A program made the translations under genes and the position numbers. DNA of 63,894 bases, the filler included, from Collodictyon triciliatum (lineage: Eukaryota), in assembly GCA_043381765.1 (NCBI GenBank). It is 3 parts of 3 records of this genome, joined end to end, with 100 filler letters (N's around TTAATTAATTAA, not from the genome) between each part and the next. Parts side by side here need not be neighbours in the genome. Positions count along the whole stretch, not along the records: positions 21,370 to 42,602 come from JBHJMP010001195.1; positions 42,703 to 63,894 come from JBHJMP010001196.1; 1 more part is not named here. One strand, written 5' to 3'. Numbering within the stretch: the stretch's first letter is position 1; every line of letters begins with the position of its first letter. Positions 38,901-50,501 of this stretch are shown here, one piece after another. Under the pieces are notes generated by a model, which saw nothing but the letters and a program-made list of their open reading frames with translations, did not search any database and had not been told where the DNA came from.

Positions 38901-41900
38901 CCTCACTAAAGCAATCACTGGATATTTTCATAATTGCCCTGGGTGAAAATCATCCGAATGTTGTGGCCTGCTATGAAATGATTGGAGACATCAGCCATGA
39001 TTTGAAGGAGTATGTCTTTAACAATTATTTTTAAATTTTTAATTGAAAACAGCGTATTTACTCGCTCATATTATCCTAGCTTTAAGGGTGCTTTGCAGGC
39101 CTATGTAAAGACGCTGGATATTCGCATGAGAACGCTGGGCGAAAAGCATGCTGATTATGCGACTTCCCTTGAAAATGTTGGCAGAACAAACTTTAGCCTC
39201 AAGAGGTTTATTTCTGTATTATTTGTTAAAATCGAATATTTTGATTTCATACTTGTAAAAAAGAAAATCAATAATGTAATAATATAATTGCATTTAGAAT
39301 GGACCAAGTTGTTGAATACTTCCAGAAGGCAGCTGCTATAAGAAAGGAGACAAAGACAATCATGTCACTGAAAGACGGCCATCAGATTGAAAAGATTATC
39401 CGATTTATGAAGGACAAGAAGGAACACGAAACAGTCATTCAGCTGTACAAAACAGCTGCTGTTAGACACGGTGAGAAGTCCTCCTTTGAAAACTGGGACT
39501 GCTGGGTGGCTTGTGAGAATGCGCATCAACACTGCAAAGAGAACAAGCTGTATGAAAGTGGCGTCGAATTTTGGGCTGAGATGAGAGATATATTTGCTGA
39601 TAAAGTTGGATGGATTCACCCCACAACATTAAACTCATGCGAATACTTGTCCGTCTATTCAAAAGAAATCGGAATCAACAAAGAGCTTGTCGAGTTAACA
39701 AGAGTCAAGAAATTCATCAGCGAAACTCTTGATGATGCAAAGTTGGATGGAGAATGGAATCGTAAGCAAATCATTGCATCGTTATTCAGAATTGTCTACA
39801 TGTCAAAGACTGATGAAAGCAAATCAAAGGCTGCGTCTGATGCCATGACACTTTTGAATTTCATGAACGTTTCGTTTGGTGGAATGGATTTATCAAACAT
39901 CAAAATTCCAAATGCAAATCTCAGTAACTCAATCCTTGATGGCGCAAATTTAACTGATGCCAACTTGAGTGGTGTTGATTTCACGAATTCGATGCTTGGT
40001 GATTGTGTTTTTGATCACGCGAATATGAATAATTTGAAATTTGGAATTTCTCATGATAAATTAGAAGGGCATACTGAGACTGTCTATAGTATTTGCAATA
40101 TTCAAGGACCGAATGGTGAAAATTGGTTGGCTTCCGGAGGTAATGATAGAACATTACGTATTTGGGATGTAGCCACAGGAAGCCAAATCAAAAGATTAAA
40201 TGGACATACAAATGCTGTCAGCTGTATTTGCAGTATTCAAGGATCGAATGGTGAAAATTGGCTGGCTTCAGGAAGTGAGGATAAAACAATACGTATTTGG
40301 GATGTAGCCACAGGGAGCCAAATCAAAACATTAGAGGGTCACACAGAAGGTGTCACTAGTGTTTGTAGTATTCAAGGACCAAATGGTGAAAAGTGGCTGG
40401 CTTCTGGGAGTCGTGATAATATAATACGTATTTGGGATGTAGCCACAGGAAGCCAAATCAAAACATTAAAAGGACATACAGGCTATGTCATAAGTGTCTG
40501 CAGTATTCAAGGACCGAATGGTGAAAAGTGGCTGGCTTCTGGAAGTGGTGATAGCACAATACGTATTTGGGATGTAGCCACAGGAAAAAAAATTAAAACA
40601 TTAAAAGGACATGAGAATGATATTAATAGTGTTTGCAGTGTTCAAGGACCAAATGGTGAGAAATGGTTGGCTTCTGGAAGTGGTGATAAAACAATACGTA
40701 TTTGGGATGCATCCACAGGAAAACAAATAAAAACATTAAACGGGTATGCAAATTGGGTCTTGAGTGTTTGCAGTATTCAAGGATCGAATGGTGAAAAGTG
40801 GTTGGCTTCTGGAAGTGGTGATGATACAATACGTATTTGGGATATAGCCACAGGAAACCAAATCAAAACATTAGAAGGACATACAAATACTGTCAATAGT
40901 ATTTGCAGTATTCAAGGACCGAATGGTGAAAGGTGGTTGGCTTATGGGAGTGATGATGAACCAATACGTATTTGGGATATAGCCACAGGAAACCAAATCA
41001 AAAAATTAGAAGGTCATGAAAATGATGCTAACACTGTTTGCATTATTCAAGGACCGAATGGTGAAAAGTGGCTGGCCTCTGGAAGCTATGACAAAACAAT
41101 ACGTATTTGGGATATAGTCACAGGAAACCAAATCAAAATATTAAAAGGTCATACAAGTGTTGTCTATAGTGTTTGCAGTATCCAAGGACCGAATGGTGAA
41201 AAGTGGCTGGCCTCTGGAAGCTATGACAAAACAATACGTATTTGGGATATAGCCACAGGAAACCAAATCAAAACATTAGAAGGTCATGCAAGTGTTGTCT
41301 ATAGTGTTTGCAGTATTCAAGGACTGAATGGTGGAAGTTGGTTGGCTTCTGGAAGTATGGATTATACAATTCGTATTTGGGATGTAGTTACAGGAAACCA
41401 AATCAAAAAATTAGAAGGTCATGCAGAAGGTATCTATAGTATTTGCAGAGTTCAAGGACCGAATGGTGAAAATTGGTTTGCCTCTGGAAGTGAAGATAAA
41501 ACAATACGTATTTGGGATGCAGCCACAGGAAACCAAATCAAAAAATTAAAAGGTCATAAAGACGCTGTCTATAGTGTTTGCGCTATTCAAGGACCGAATG
41601 GTGAAAAGTGGTTGGCCTCTGGAAGTGAAGATAAAACAATACGTATTTGGGATGTAGCCACAGGAAACCAAATCAAAACATTAGAAGGTCATATAAGGGA
41701 AGTTGACAGTGTTTGCAGTATTCAAGGACCAAATGGTGAAATGTGGCTGGCTTCTGTAAGTGATGATGATACAATACGTATTTGGGATGTAGCCACAGGA
41801 AACCAAACACACAGTCTGCAAAAATCAGAAGTGACTTACACGCAAGGAAAATACCTAGTCATGAAAGAAAAGCCAGACGAGGTCATTGCAGTATTCAATA

Positions 41901-42602
41901 GAACCAGTGACGCGATGAACACGATTGACACCAACAGAATCCTAGATGCAAAGACAGTCCAGATTATCGGCCCAAGAAAGCTGCGAGGTGGAAACATCCA
42001 AATCAGAAACGTCATGGGATTGAGTCGATCCAACAAATTCCTCCTACATTCCATCGGTGCTGTTTCCTATGATGCGGACTTTGTTGCCTATTGTGAGCAG
42101 GGTAAGTTCACAAAGTTCCAGGCTCAAATGATGGCTGAGTGTTATGACAATGGATGGGGTGTTGAGAAAGATGCTGAAAAGGCTTTTTATTGGAGATATA
42201 TTGCCTTTCCAAAGTTATCATTAGATTTTGATGGATTGAAGCAACTAGCACAACAAGGCTCAAACGAGGGATTCAATGTTTTGAAAGACATGGCTGAAAT
42301 AAAGAATAGATGGGAAGAATACAAATATCCACAAGCTGTTTCTATTGTTGCTGAATGCTATGAGAATGGATGGGGTGTTGAGAAGGACTCTTCGTTGTCT
42401 CTTAAATGGGAAATATTCAGTGGAAAGGCTGAAAACTTTGAGAAACTGAAGCAATTTGCGCAACAAGGCTCAATGGGTGCATTCAACGTTTTGAAAGAAA
42501 TGGCTGAAATGAAGGAAGATATCCTGGACCGATGGGGAAACAAAGATGGTGAAAAACACAAATATATACATGCTGTATCAATCGTTGCCGAGTGCTACGA
42601 AA
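32927..42602 (+). CDS. NLR-like STAND NTPase: calponin-homology - DUF4062 - NACHT/AAA_16 - TPR array - pentapeptide - 13xWD40 - Sel1-like; 3' end truncated by contig end
   Basis: CH: VLEWVNHHL...NIRDDFTDGFYLAILI. DUF4062: IRVFLSSTLRDIQQERD...IDLRWG...CPYFVCSLGARYGWIP. Walker A: AESGIGKSSLMA. Walker B: FVFLIDAINQI. KLC-type TPRs (LGEKHADYATSLENVG), pentapeptides (ANLSNSILDGANLTDANLSG), WD40 at 40067-41821, and AECYENGWGVEKD repeats. The exon junctions I checked join in frame. Confidence 0.9.
40067..41821 (+). repeat. 13 tandem 135-bp coding repeats (45-aa WD40 units)
   Basis: Consensus GHxxxVxSVCSIQGPNGEKWLASGSxDxTIRIWDVATGNQIKTLE; nucleotide blocks such as acaatacgtatttgggat recur at 135-nt period. 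Confidence 0.95.
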
Positions 42603-42702
42603 NNNNNNNNNNNNNNNNNNNNNNNNNNNNNNNNNNNNNNNNNNNNTTAATTAATTAANNNNNNNNNNNNNNNNNNNNNNNNNNNNNNNNNNNNNNNNNN
42701 NN
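42603..42702. other. Artificial contig linker N44-TTAATTAATTAA-N44
   Basis: Same as 21270-21369. Confidence 0.95.
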
Positions 42703-43360
42703 GTGGATAGGTGCGCGTGTAGTCCATGCAGCAACGACCTCCCCAGAATGCACCATGTGCCATAGTGGAGATGACTCTATCGAACACACATTTGTGAAGT
42801 GTTCTCTGACTCAAAAGTGACAGAATCTAACCCACAAGATGCTCTCTGAGCTTGATTATGCTCCCAACCGACTCAGCGCGTCTGACACCCTGTTTGGCCC
42901 ACAATACCAAATGACCCACGACTCTAGAATACTCTGGACAGTCACAAGGGGACATACGCTGTGGTTCTTATGGAGTGTGCGTGCATTCATCCGCTCCGAT
43001 GATTCACCCGAACGAGAAATCGATGTATCGAGGCTGGAGAGCCTCATGCGATACAGCTTCCTGAACAGTCTGCTGAAACACACCCGAATTCTTCACTACT
43101 CTGACCGCAAGCGAAGAGAGATGTGAGAATGTGCCGTGCGATATCTCTCAATATATCCAACCCCTACTACCCGCACAATCATTCAACCAGCTGGGTCGCT
43201 CGCTTGACCAACTCGCTATGACTGATTTCATTACAGTGCTAGCCTCTTCACAGAAGCGTCTTCTTCTACTCACGTTTGCTCTCTCCCACGCACACCTATC
43301 TCGCCCCTTTGTATGGCGCAACCTCGCTACACTTTGAATCGAATAAAGGAAAAAAAAAAT
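42703..43360 (+). mobile_element. LINE (L1/Tx1-type) ORF2 C-terminus and 3' UTR, degraded
   Basis: CTMCHSGDDSIEHTFVKC is a C-x2-C-x8-H-x4-C zinc knuckle typical of the ORF2 end after RT. It is followed by the shared LWFLWSVR segment, stops, and gaatcgaataaagg-poly(A). Confidence 0.88.
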
Positions 43361-43538
43361 ATGTGGGATTTACACTATTTACAAATTTTGAGGTGCGTGT
43401 CAACAAAAATGCCATTAGAGTACCTATTATAGGCAACAAGAATACACGCTGTGCAATAATAAGATATTTCACACTTGGGGTACTTAATAATGTTCTGCAC
43501 CTTCCCAACCACTACGCGAGCCACACATCGCACACGAG

Positions 43539-43572
43539 TGACGCACAGCCCAATCCGTCTACCTATATATAG
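43539..43572 (+). promoter_or_regulatory. Possible promoter (TGACG, CCAAT, TATA-like) upstream of the LRR-kinase
   Basis: tgacgca...ccaat...tatatatag clustered about 320 nt upstream of ATG 43893; short motifs, so weak support. Confidence 0.25.
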
Positions 43573-43892
43573 TTATTGAGATGGCCACATCTTAGTGTTC
43601 CCGGAAGAAGCCGGCCTTTGAGGGATATTCAATATCCGTTCCTGTCAAAATTGCTGCTGCCTTGCGCTCTTTCTTTCTCGCTACCTTATCGCTTCACTCA
43701 TTCGCAACGCGCATTCTGTTGTATATGTGCACAACCGCATCGCTCTCACTAAATCAACACTCGTCCTGAGTGACTTGTCGAGTGCATTCACAAAACCAAT
43801 AAACACTATACAACACACTAACACACAACCCAGTCCACTCGCCCACACAGAATCCCAGAACCCCCAGAACCCGTCCAATCGCCTCTGTCACG

Positions 43893-45842
43893 ATGGCCGA
43901 CAAGACTGCGCTTTTAGAAGAGCTCCGAAAAATCGCCGGGAAATCCAACATCGCCTATTTAAAAAGCTCCAAGAGTTTACAACTCTTCCAAAGAAGTCTC
44001 AAATCTGTTCCTTGTGGAGTTTTCTTTCTGGAAAGTTTGAGAGGATTGGATCTTCACAGCAATCAACTGTCGTTGCTACCCCCAGAAATATCGTGTTTGA
44101 CCTGTCTCTTGAAACTTTTGGTTTTTGGCAACCAGTTGTCATCTCTGCCTCCACAAATATCATGTTTGACCGGACTCAGTGTTCTTTGTGTTAATCACAA
44201 CCAGCTGTCGTTTCTGCCTCCACAAATATCGTGTTTGACTGGTCTCACATATATTGGTGTTAATGCCAACCCGGTATGGTTTTTTTTTTTCATTTGTTAA
44301 TATATTTTTACTTCGTGCTTAAAGAGAATCTTACTAACAAAGATACATGCAGATGGAGGAGCTTCCACTGCAAATCACAGCGCTCACAAATCTGAAAGTG
44401 CTCTACATAAGAGGTTGGGGTACACAGACCATAAGGAGGGCGCCGCGTGGCATCACAACTCTTCCAGTGTGGAACAACACAGAGAACGAGAATTATAATC
44501 ACATCCGCGCTCTGCAGCTCTACGGCCATGTCAGCACACACATCCCCACAACCCCCAGATACTCACATATAGAACACAACTGACAGAACTCCAGGTTAAG
44601 GCCGCAGCTGAAGTTCGTAAGGCTGAACCGTCGAGTAAGCAAAAAGACCAATCTCCCAAACAGCATTCCCTGCAACCTTCTTTGACTCGAATAACGGAAG
44701 AAATAAACATTCTCTCCTTCCTTACAATAGGATATATCTCACAATAAACCACTACAGCAGCGACCAGCCGCCTGGCCCATGGCAAGTATGCCGACCTGTT
44801 GACCACGGACTTTGAGACGCAGGGGAACTTCCTGGGCAAGGGTGGCTTCGGGGTAGCATTCAGGGTGCAGTTGAAGGAGGGTGTCTTTGCTGTGAAGAAG
44901 ATCGGTGACACCATGGTCTCATTGTCTCCGGGCAGTGCAGACCCCGAGAAGGAGGGCAACATGATGCTCGAGCTGCAACACCCGAACATCCTGACGCTCT
45001 ACGACTTTGGATTCCGCGGTAGAGACCTGCTCTTTGTCATGGAGTTCGCAGACGGCGGAGACTTGTGTGCACTAAGCAAAAAGCAAAAAGCACTAGGAAA
45101 CGACCGTACCCTCAAGTATGGGCTGGATATCATCCAGGGCCCTGTCTACCTGCACACGCGGCCAAGGCCCATCCAGCATCGCGACCTTAAGTCCGAGAAT
45201 GTCCTCCTTGTGAACGGGATCGCCAAGCTAACCGACTTCGGCCTTGCAAAGAGCGGGGTCTCTGTCAACTCGGTGAGCAAGTTTGCCGGCTCGACGAACT
45301 GGTCGCCGCCCGAGGTCTTTGACGAAGGCAAAAGCATGGGGCTGCCCAGCGACGCCTACTCGTACGGCGTGGTCCTCTGGTCCATGCTGAGCGGCGAGTA
45401 TCCGCACGAGGGCATGGCAAACGGCAAAGTTGGAGCCTCTGTGACTAGCGGTAAACTGCTTCCCCTCCCTGCAACCTGTCTTTCTAACCTCGCAGCTCTT
45501 ATCCACAAGTGCTGGGAAAAGGACTATGGGACTCGCATCACTGCCCAATAGGTTGAGGCTGAACTCAAAGACATCGCCGCTAATCCCGGTCCTGTCTCGG
45601 CGGTTACTCCAAGGGCTGGCCCTGTAAACACCATCAGAAACATGAACAACTCCGAGCTACTGTCCTATTTGGCCAGTAAGAATGCTAGTGAAGTTGTGAT
45701 TGAGTCATTTAGAAAGGTCAGAACCACTGGTGCGGAGATTGTTCTACTGAAGAAGGAAGATCTCTTGGGAGAACCCTTTCAGCTCCCAGCATTCCAGGCA
45801 CGCTTTGTCTTAAAGCTGATTGAGGAGGCCAGCCGCACTTAA
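43893..45842 (+). pseudogene. LRR - TKL-type protein kinase - SAM-like gene with an in-frame TAG at 45549-45551
   Basis: 23-aa LRRs (LxxLxxxxNQLSxLPPQISCLT); three in-frame GT-AG introns; kinase motifs LGKGGFG, AVKK, HRDLKSEN, DFG and WSPPE; RITAQ*VEAELK continues in frame into a SAM-like tail (FRKVRTTGAEIVLLKKEDL). Confidence 0.8.
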
Positions 45843-46366
45843 CCACCGCTCCTTTCCCTCTGATTCATTTCACGGAGTTTGGAGCTTTGCTGAACCTTTC
45901 GTTGATTTCTGTCCTCATTCCCCGCGCATCCCATCCCACCTACAACTGAATAAAGGAATAACAAAAAGGTTCCGCTTCGCCCTCACCATCCTGCCAGCAA
46001 ATGACTGTTCCGCTATCTATTGGGTCGTTTTTTTGTTAGTCACATAGTCTGGGTAGTCGTGCTTTAACCCATAGCTCTTTCACTCCAACTTTATCGTTAA
46101 CTTCAATAACAATAACAAAAAAAAAAAAAACTTTCATTTCCCCCGAATAGAATTGCCCACCTGAAAACTTGGTGGGCTGCAAATCAAACCCGCACAGAAA
46201 TCAAAGCAGCTCGCTATTGAGGCAATCCTTTTTCTTTTTTTTTTCTTTCCATTTTTCTCCATTTTTCTCCTTTTTTCTTTCCTATTTTTCTTTTGTCTTT
46301 TCTTTAGCATGACTTTTGTAGTTGAGATAGAAAACCCTGCTGATCACCACAGAAAAGATTCAGGAC

Positions 46367-46945
46367 ATGACTCGCGCGGTGGTGTTGAGCTTCGCAGAGG
46401 CGATGAAGTATGCAAAGAAAGTGGAGGTGACTTTCAGTCCGATGGCCGGGCGACACGGCGCAGTGCGGTTTGTTGAAGCGCTTCCCATGTGATCACGCCC
46501 GCCTCGAAACAACTTTCTCCGGCTCACCCACACTTTTCGCTTCCGACCGCAGAGAGCTCATCTCGAGACTGGGCTCAGACAAAGTAAGCGCGTCCAACCC
46601 AAAGCTCGAAGTGAAGGTCAACGTTGTCCACGACGGCGAGTCCCCAAAGGTTGACGTCCAATACGGTAATCCTCTCTTCTTTTTCTTGGCGTTGCTCTTG
46701 TCTCTGACCAAACCTCACCCACAACCCCGCATAAAATGTTGCTTTCTGGCTCTCACCCTTCGCTCCTCCGCTGCCTTTTGGATGCCGCAGTCAACAACTC
46801 GCAGAAGACAATCAGCGTATGGGCTGCAAATACCGGAGCGAAGGACATGAGCATCGACCAGCTGATGAAGGAGATGTCAAAGACCCCACAGATTGTCTTC
46901 ATCAAGGAACGACTCGGCATGAAGCTCGATGACGATGGGAAATAA
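46367..46945 (+). CDS. Mitochondrial ribosomal protein mL53-like, 3 exons
   Basis: MKYAKKVEVTFSPM...AVR|ELISRLGSDKVSASNPKLEVKVNVVHDGESPKVDVQY|VNN... fits the mL53 (MRP-L53/yeast MrpL44) pattern. Confidence 0.7.
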
Positions 46946-47288
46946 AGTGCGAGAGAAGATAGATACAACCACACGCGGTTGGCATGAAAACTGCGTTCTC
47001 CTCTCCAGTGTGTATCAACGTGTTGTCTGTTTTATGGCCAATGCAGGTGGTTCAAGGTTGGGTGGTGACGAAAAGAGCAGTAAGAAAACGGTGGGCAACC
47101 GAGCTGCTTTACTTTTAATTCTATGTTGCCCTGTCTTAATGCCAAACTGCTATTTTCCTTGTTTTTTTCTTTTTTTCTCTTTTTTTTTTTCTTTTGAGCC
47201 GTGTGATTTCTTTCTCCTTTTTTCTTTAGGGTTCTTCGCTTTGGTACATTTCTGTGGCGCTCCACAAGAGTGTTGCGTTCGTGTGGAA

Positions 47289-49655
47289 TCAGCGACTGGA
47301 GCGTCCGAATTGTGAATAGAATTCGTCGGTGATTTCGTTCACGTGCATCACTCGGTTGACGTACTCTTGTCTGCACACCGGAATGGTGATTGAGATATGG
47401 AATACAGTATGTCATGTATTGAATGAAGAGACGAATATACAGCGGGGCGAGTAGTAATAACTGGGGTAGAGAAAAAAAAGGCAAATCTACTACAGGAGAG
47501 AGTGGCTCTCTACCTCTGCTGTTTCTCTTGAGCTTGGCGAATAAATTCCTGTTGTTGCTGTGCCATTTGAGCCTTCTGCAGTCGCTGCTTTTCACGCTCT
47601 TTCAGGATGGCTTCGCGTCTCAGAGCCTCCTGTAGCTGCTCCCATGTCCGTTGCTCTTCAGCTTCCTTAGCTTTCTGTGCCTGAGTGAGTTTCATAGAAA
47701 AGGAAAAAGAAGGCCGCGTTTTGTGAGTGTAATTGGATGTATTTTCGGAGCACGAATCTAGTGGACTGGGTAAAGAGGAGACAGCGACAACCACAGTTCA
47801 AAAAATTCACAAATTGATATCTACTTGTTTCTCTTGTCGTTGTCGCTCTTGCTCTCGGACAACTTGGTCAACCTCTGATGGGCTCATCCCCTTGTAATGG
47901 TAAGGAACAACCCTACCAGAAAAAAAGTGGTATTACATATCAACCAAGCCCTTGAGTTGGTAATGCACCAAGCAATAGATTGGCCATGTATCGTGTTTTT
48001 TCAACTCTATTTTTCTTACTTCTTCGGATTCCAAGAATGTGTAGCCAGTGCGGGGTTTTCAGTCATCAAGTCACTCGCTAGAGTTGTTTCAATTTCAGCC
48101 AACGACTGCTCGGTATCCACAATGCGAGCAGTTCTGTCCTTGTACTTTTTCTCTTCCATCTGTATTAAATATATTCATTTTTTGATTACTGTATATATCC
48201 TTTCATACTTTCTACACTATTTTAAAAAAAGAATTTATTACTTCGCGTTCGCAATTAGAATTTTTCTATATATAAAAAAAGCTAATGTATGCATGGGTTA
48301 TAGTACGTGAATTCATATTAATTCGAAGATATAAATTACTTGGTGTTGGTTATATTCCTTTCTCTCAAACAAATCCGCTTTTCTACGTCGTTCCAGCTCA
48401 CTTTCGATACGTGAAGCTTCCTCGACAAGCGCTTTTTCTTGCTCCTCATACCTCCTGCATTCCAAAGAAAAAAAAAGTTACACCCTCCGGACTTCGAATT
48501 GAATATAGTGGGGTGGAAAGTTTAAGACCTCTGGGGATGGAAAGTAGAATTGTTTTCATTTCAGTCTGATATGAAAATATATCTTCTCCTTGGAAACACA
48601 CTGGGGCTTGTGAATCCTACTCGTCGCCGTGATTTATTCGTGTAAATCTACGAGAGATACTTACCTTTCAAGTTCTTTTTCTGTCGACTTCCTGTCATGT
48701 TTGTCCTTTGCCTGCTGCTCAATATAAACACGCATTTGTTCGCGTTGTGTTTTGAGTCTCTCGGTCGATGATAGATCTTCGCCAGAGAATTTTTGAAGGC
48801 TGGATGGCCCGAGTCGCGGATCATCATCCGATATCTTTGAAAAATCAATGCAGGATAAATGCACGCAAAAATCCACACAAAACACTTTATCAATTATCCA
48901 AGACATATTGATATAAGGGAGGAAAAGATAAATATGATTTCATATATCTTACGCGAACAGGAAGAGACTTCTTCAACTGGTCTGGGTCATTCAAATCATA
49001 CTCTCTGCGTGTTGTAGCACCTTGATTCAACTGCCGATACGTCATGACGTGATTCAATTGACGTCGACGAAAGTCCTTTCGCTCCTCCTCTTGCATCTCC
49101 AGCTGTCGTTCTTGTTCAGTCATCAAGCGATCTACAAATGCCTCAGAATGAGTATTTTCAGCTTCTCTTTGACTGACTCGGTTCTTTCCAACCAATATAC
49201 ATGAACCATATTTTCGCATTTAAATTTCGATGACTTTTTTTCTGCTCCTTTTCATTTCTTTAAGATTTTGTATGGACTATGAAAAAAAAATATAAAGTTT
49301 ACGGAAGTCATCCTCCTTTTTCTTTTCCATCTCCTTTGTACGTTGCTTCTCAAGTTTCTGAGCCTCTATCGCGTCCTTGTCGATCTGTACACGTTTCACA
49401 GGTCGATATTATTGCTTAAATATTCTAAAAGACGTACATATATGCGCACACTTGAATCAATCTCATTCCCCCAGAACATAATTTGTGACCAAAGGAGAGT
49501 ACAGCACTGGGAATTATGAAGCTAATCACCCCAAACTGCCGCTTGTGTGGATCGAGAATGATGATGCGGCGTTCTTCTTCGGCTCGGCGACGTCTTTCGA
49601 TCGCCAGCTGCGCCTTCTCTTCCAACGCGACATTACGTCGTGTATTCATCGCCAT
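47289..49655 (-). CDS. RIB43A: RIB43A-domain ciliary microtubule inner protein, multi-exon
   Basis: IERRRRAEEERRIIILDPHKRQFG|IDKDAI, RREYDLNDPDQLKKSLPVR|ISDDDPRLGPSSLQKFSGEDL, YHYKGMSP and C-terminal DEFYSQFGRSSR*. Confidence 0.92.
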
Positions 49656-50501
49656 TTGCCTCTGCCTCTGCTTCTGCCTCTGCTTCTACTTTTTACTTTC
49701 TTTTTTGATCAACATGAAAAGAAGTTAGTTATCGAGCCATACAGAAATACCGCTTTGCAAGAAAAGGCCGAGCCTGTCCAACATTAAAGCCCTGGTTTGA
49801 CTTAAGCCTTTTGAAGGACTTGGTGCGGTCGACCACGATTGGACGGCAGAGAAGCGCGTCGAATGGACAGCAAGAACGAGTCTTAGCAAGTGCGACTGGA
49901 ACAGAAGAAACCGTCTGCTTTGATCGTCCTGCCTCCCTGGAGGAATTCCCTCGCCTGCCTTACTCGCTTTCTGGTGCTGTGAGAATGAATGATGGTCGCA
50001 ATGATTTGCACCAACAGACCGAATCATAACGAAGTTGGTGCGCATTTCAGATAATTCATTGAATCCGTTTTTCCTTCTTCGAAAATATATTGTGGAAAAT
50101 ATAGAACTTCAGCATGCAAGCCGTTACGAGATGGTTTGAATGGTACAAAAAACCACAAATAATGGTACAGTACAAAAAAATTGCACAATTGAAAAGCATT
50201 TCAATCTGGGAGTCAGCAGCACGTGATTCCTCCTGGAAAATGTGTCGATTATATAAAATTGCGCCAAAATTCCAGAAACAATCAAACGGAAATCTACTCG
50301 CTCTTTGACAAGACGGCAGCAAGCAAAAGCAAAAGCAAAAGCAAGAAAGGTCGAAGGACAAGAAAACACCCGAGCCGATCAGCCAAGCGGCGAATTGAGC
50401 GGTAGACTATGACAAACACAAGAGGATCAGAGGATCAGGGAGCCGAGAGGCATGCAACAGTAGAAGGGGCCGGCCTGACAAAACCTCCCTGCACAGAAGC
50501 C

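Noticed and set aside
40067-41821. CRISPR-like array (regular repeats with variable segments)
   Set aside because: The period is exactly 135 nt in an open frame encoding WD40 units; there are no unique spacers or cas genes.
45549-45551. Reassigned TAG codon (non-standard genetic code)
   Set aside because: TAG terminates the glutaredoxin and isomerase genes at expected C-termini, and long ORFs contain no other internal stops.
14757-45842. Physical immune gene cluster
   Set aside because: The three receptor-like genes lie on three separately linked contigs.
45940-45965. Another LINE stub (ctgaataaaggaata)
   Set aside because: Only a 9-nt core match and no flanking TSD; more likely the kinase gene's poly(A) signal.
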